A stretch of DNA of 63,967 bases, filler included, from Blastocystis sp. subtype 4 (taxonomy: Eukaryota): assembly GCF_000743755.1 (NCBI RefSeq). It is 8 parts of 8 records of this genome, joined end to end, with 100 filler letters (N's around TTAATTAATTAA, not from the genome) between each part and the next. Parts side by side here need not be neighbours in the genome. Positions count along the whole stretch, not along the records: positions 59,882 to 63,967 come from NW_014569020.1; 7 more parts are not named here. One strand, 5' to 3'. Of this stretch, positions 62,329-63,967 are shown piece by piece. Made by a program: the position numbers and the translations under genes. The notes beneath the pieces are model-generated. The model was not told the DNA's origin. It saw only the letters and a list, made by a program, of their open reading frames with translations, and searched no databases. Position 1 is the stretch's first letter. Every line of letters starts with the position of its first letter.

Positions 62329-63749
62329 ATGAATAAGAATACACTTATTGCTTGTAGAATTGGAGATTCAGAATCAGTTGTAGGTTTGATTAACACCTTT
62401 GGAGGAGCCATTATCGGCTACAACTCTGGAATTGTTTCAGGAATGTCTCTTCCATTCATTACATGTACACTATTTGATAGTTCCGCAAACATTAATGTTT
62501 CTCTTTATCAAGGTATATTCACTGCGTTCATTCTCGTGTTTGCCGCTATTGGATCTCCTCTAGGAGTATATATTCAGAAGAAATGGAATATGAAAGCGGT
62601 AATGACAAAGAGTATCGTTGATTTATAGGCTCTCTACATTATGGGAATCATTGCAACCATTTTCCCCATTCTAATGATTCTCTATAAGAATTACTATTAC
62701 ATCACAATTATGCGAGGTATTCTTGGAATAAGTATTGGATTCGCTTCAGCATTATGCAGTCTATATGCTAATTCTTTAGTGAAAGACGAAATTAAAGGTC
62801 GAGTTGGATCCATCTTTCAACTCTCTGTTACATTCTTCATTTTCCTTGCACAGGTGATGAACTATTTCTTTGTGGATGAATTTGACGTGAATAACTGTAA
62901 ACCTCTTTCAGATATGAGTTGGAGAATTCAGTTAGGTCTCTCATCAGTGATTGGCATCGCTACAATTATAACTCTGCTGTTTGCTCCTGATATGAAGAAG
63001 GAGGTAGAGAAGAAGTCTGTAGCAGCGTCGAAAAATAAAGAGAGTCTATTCACAAAGAAGAATGCTCGCTGGGTAGTATTTGCTCTGATGCTTGCTGTGA
63101 TGAATCAACTGACTGGTATCAATGGAGTTATGTACTATGCTGCACAGATTCTGGCAAGTGCTGGAATCGAGAATGTGCTACTGACACAACTATTAGTTGT
63201 GGGTCTCTGGAACATGCTCACCGTGTTTATCTTCATGGCAATTGTGGATAAAATGTCTCGAAAGAACATCTTCCTTATTGCTTTGGGAATCATGATCACA
63301 GGAACTATTGCTCTGATCGTCAGGTACTCCTATTACGATCAATGAACCATAGTTTCATGGTATCAGGAATCGCACCAGTTGCAATGGCTGGAATGATCTT
63401 CTACTTGCTGGGATTCGAGACAGGACCAGGTCCACTGTTCTATGTGATGGCAACACAAGACTTCCCTCCAGAGCTTGTGAATCAGGGACTATCTCTTTCC
63501 AATATCCTCCTTTATGTCTTAAATATCCTGCTATCATTCACATTCCCGATAATCACAGAAGCCATTGGAGCTGGATACACCTTCGTCATCCTTTGTGGGT
63601 TTGAAGTGATATGTATGATCTATTTCGGTTTGAGTCCTGTTCAAAGGTAAGGTATTGAAGTAAAGATTTTCATTCTTAGAAAGAAGTCCCTTCCAGTTCA
63701 GGATAAGCCTACTGCTCCTGTTTCTGTTAAATCTGATATAGCACTTTAA
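62329..63749 (+). CDS. sugar porter family MFS transporter (spliced)
   Basis: GYNSGIVSG, GSIFQL, WRIQLG, NQLTGINGVMYYA, VDKMSRK, GPGP. Confidence 0.9.
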
Positions 63750-63837
63750 TTATTCTATCCCTTGTTTTCTAAACAAATAGTGACAATATGATTGAAACAA
63801 ACATATCAACCTCTCCATTTTGTACAATAGTCTTCGC

Positions 63838-63966
63838 TTAGATCATTCTCTGTACAAGCTTTCCAATAAGGACTTCATGGTTACCATAGTCACCACCCTC
63901 ATTGAAGTGACGGAGCTTCTTGCTGAAACCACCATTAGGACTAGACAGCTTGAAGGGCCACAGGAA
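63838..63966 (-). CDS. RPL7: 60S ribosomal protein L7 C-terminal fragment
   Basis: [29 protein letters not shown]. Confidence 0.9.
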   Translation of the reverse strand, partial: FLWPFKLSSPNGGFSKKLRHFNEGGDYGNHEVLIGKLVQRMI

Positions 63967-63967
63967 G

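Overview
Eukaryotic, AT-rich, extremely compact genomic DNA with many ~30-nt GT-AG introns and TGTTTGTT elements at gene ends. This is the signature of the gut stramenopile Blastocystis (inferred, not database-checked). The window is not contiguous: seven identical N-TTAATTAATTAA-N linkers join eight ~8-9 kb contigs, so adjacency across them is artificial. Most contigs carry ordinary spliced genes: AP-4 beta, VPS29, LUC7, ferredoxin, UBA3, eIF3h, DNAJC2, UBL5, RCC1, NDUFV2, hexokinase, 14-3-3, dephospho-CoA kinase, biotin ligase, transporters and ribosomal protein ends. There are also two dispersed 5S rRNA copies. Several genes appear to get their stop codon from polyadenylation. The contig at 16954-25295 is an accessory, virus-rich island. 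Its main feature is an integrated CRESS-DNA (circular ssDNA) viral element: an intact 219-aa capsid gene lying between two TAGTATTAC origins exactly 919 nt apart, with a 97-nt terminal repeat. This defines a capsid-only, Rep-less circular unit that uses the host's own poly(A) signal. Next to it are a decayed second capsid copy and several junctions that fall at the Rep nick site. The same contig holds two decayed minor-capsid (penton)-like genes of Polinton-like type, a bacterial-type ABM monooxygenase and pseudogene debris. Exon boundaries were read by eye, so spliced-gene spans are approximate.
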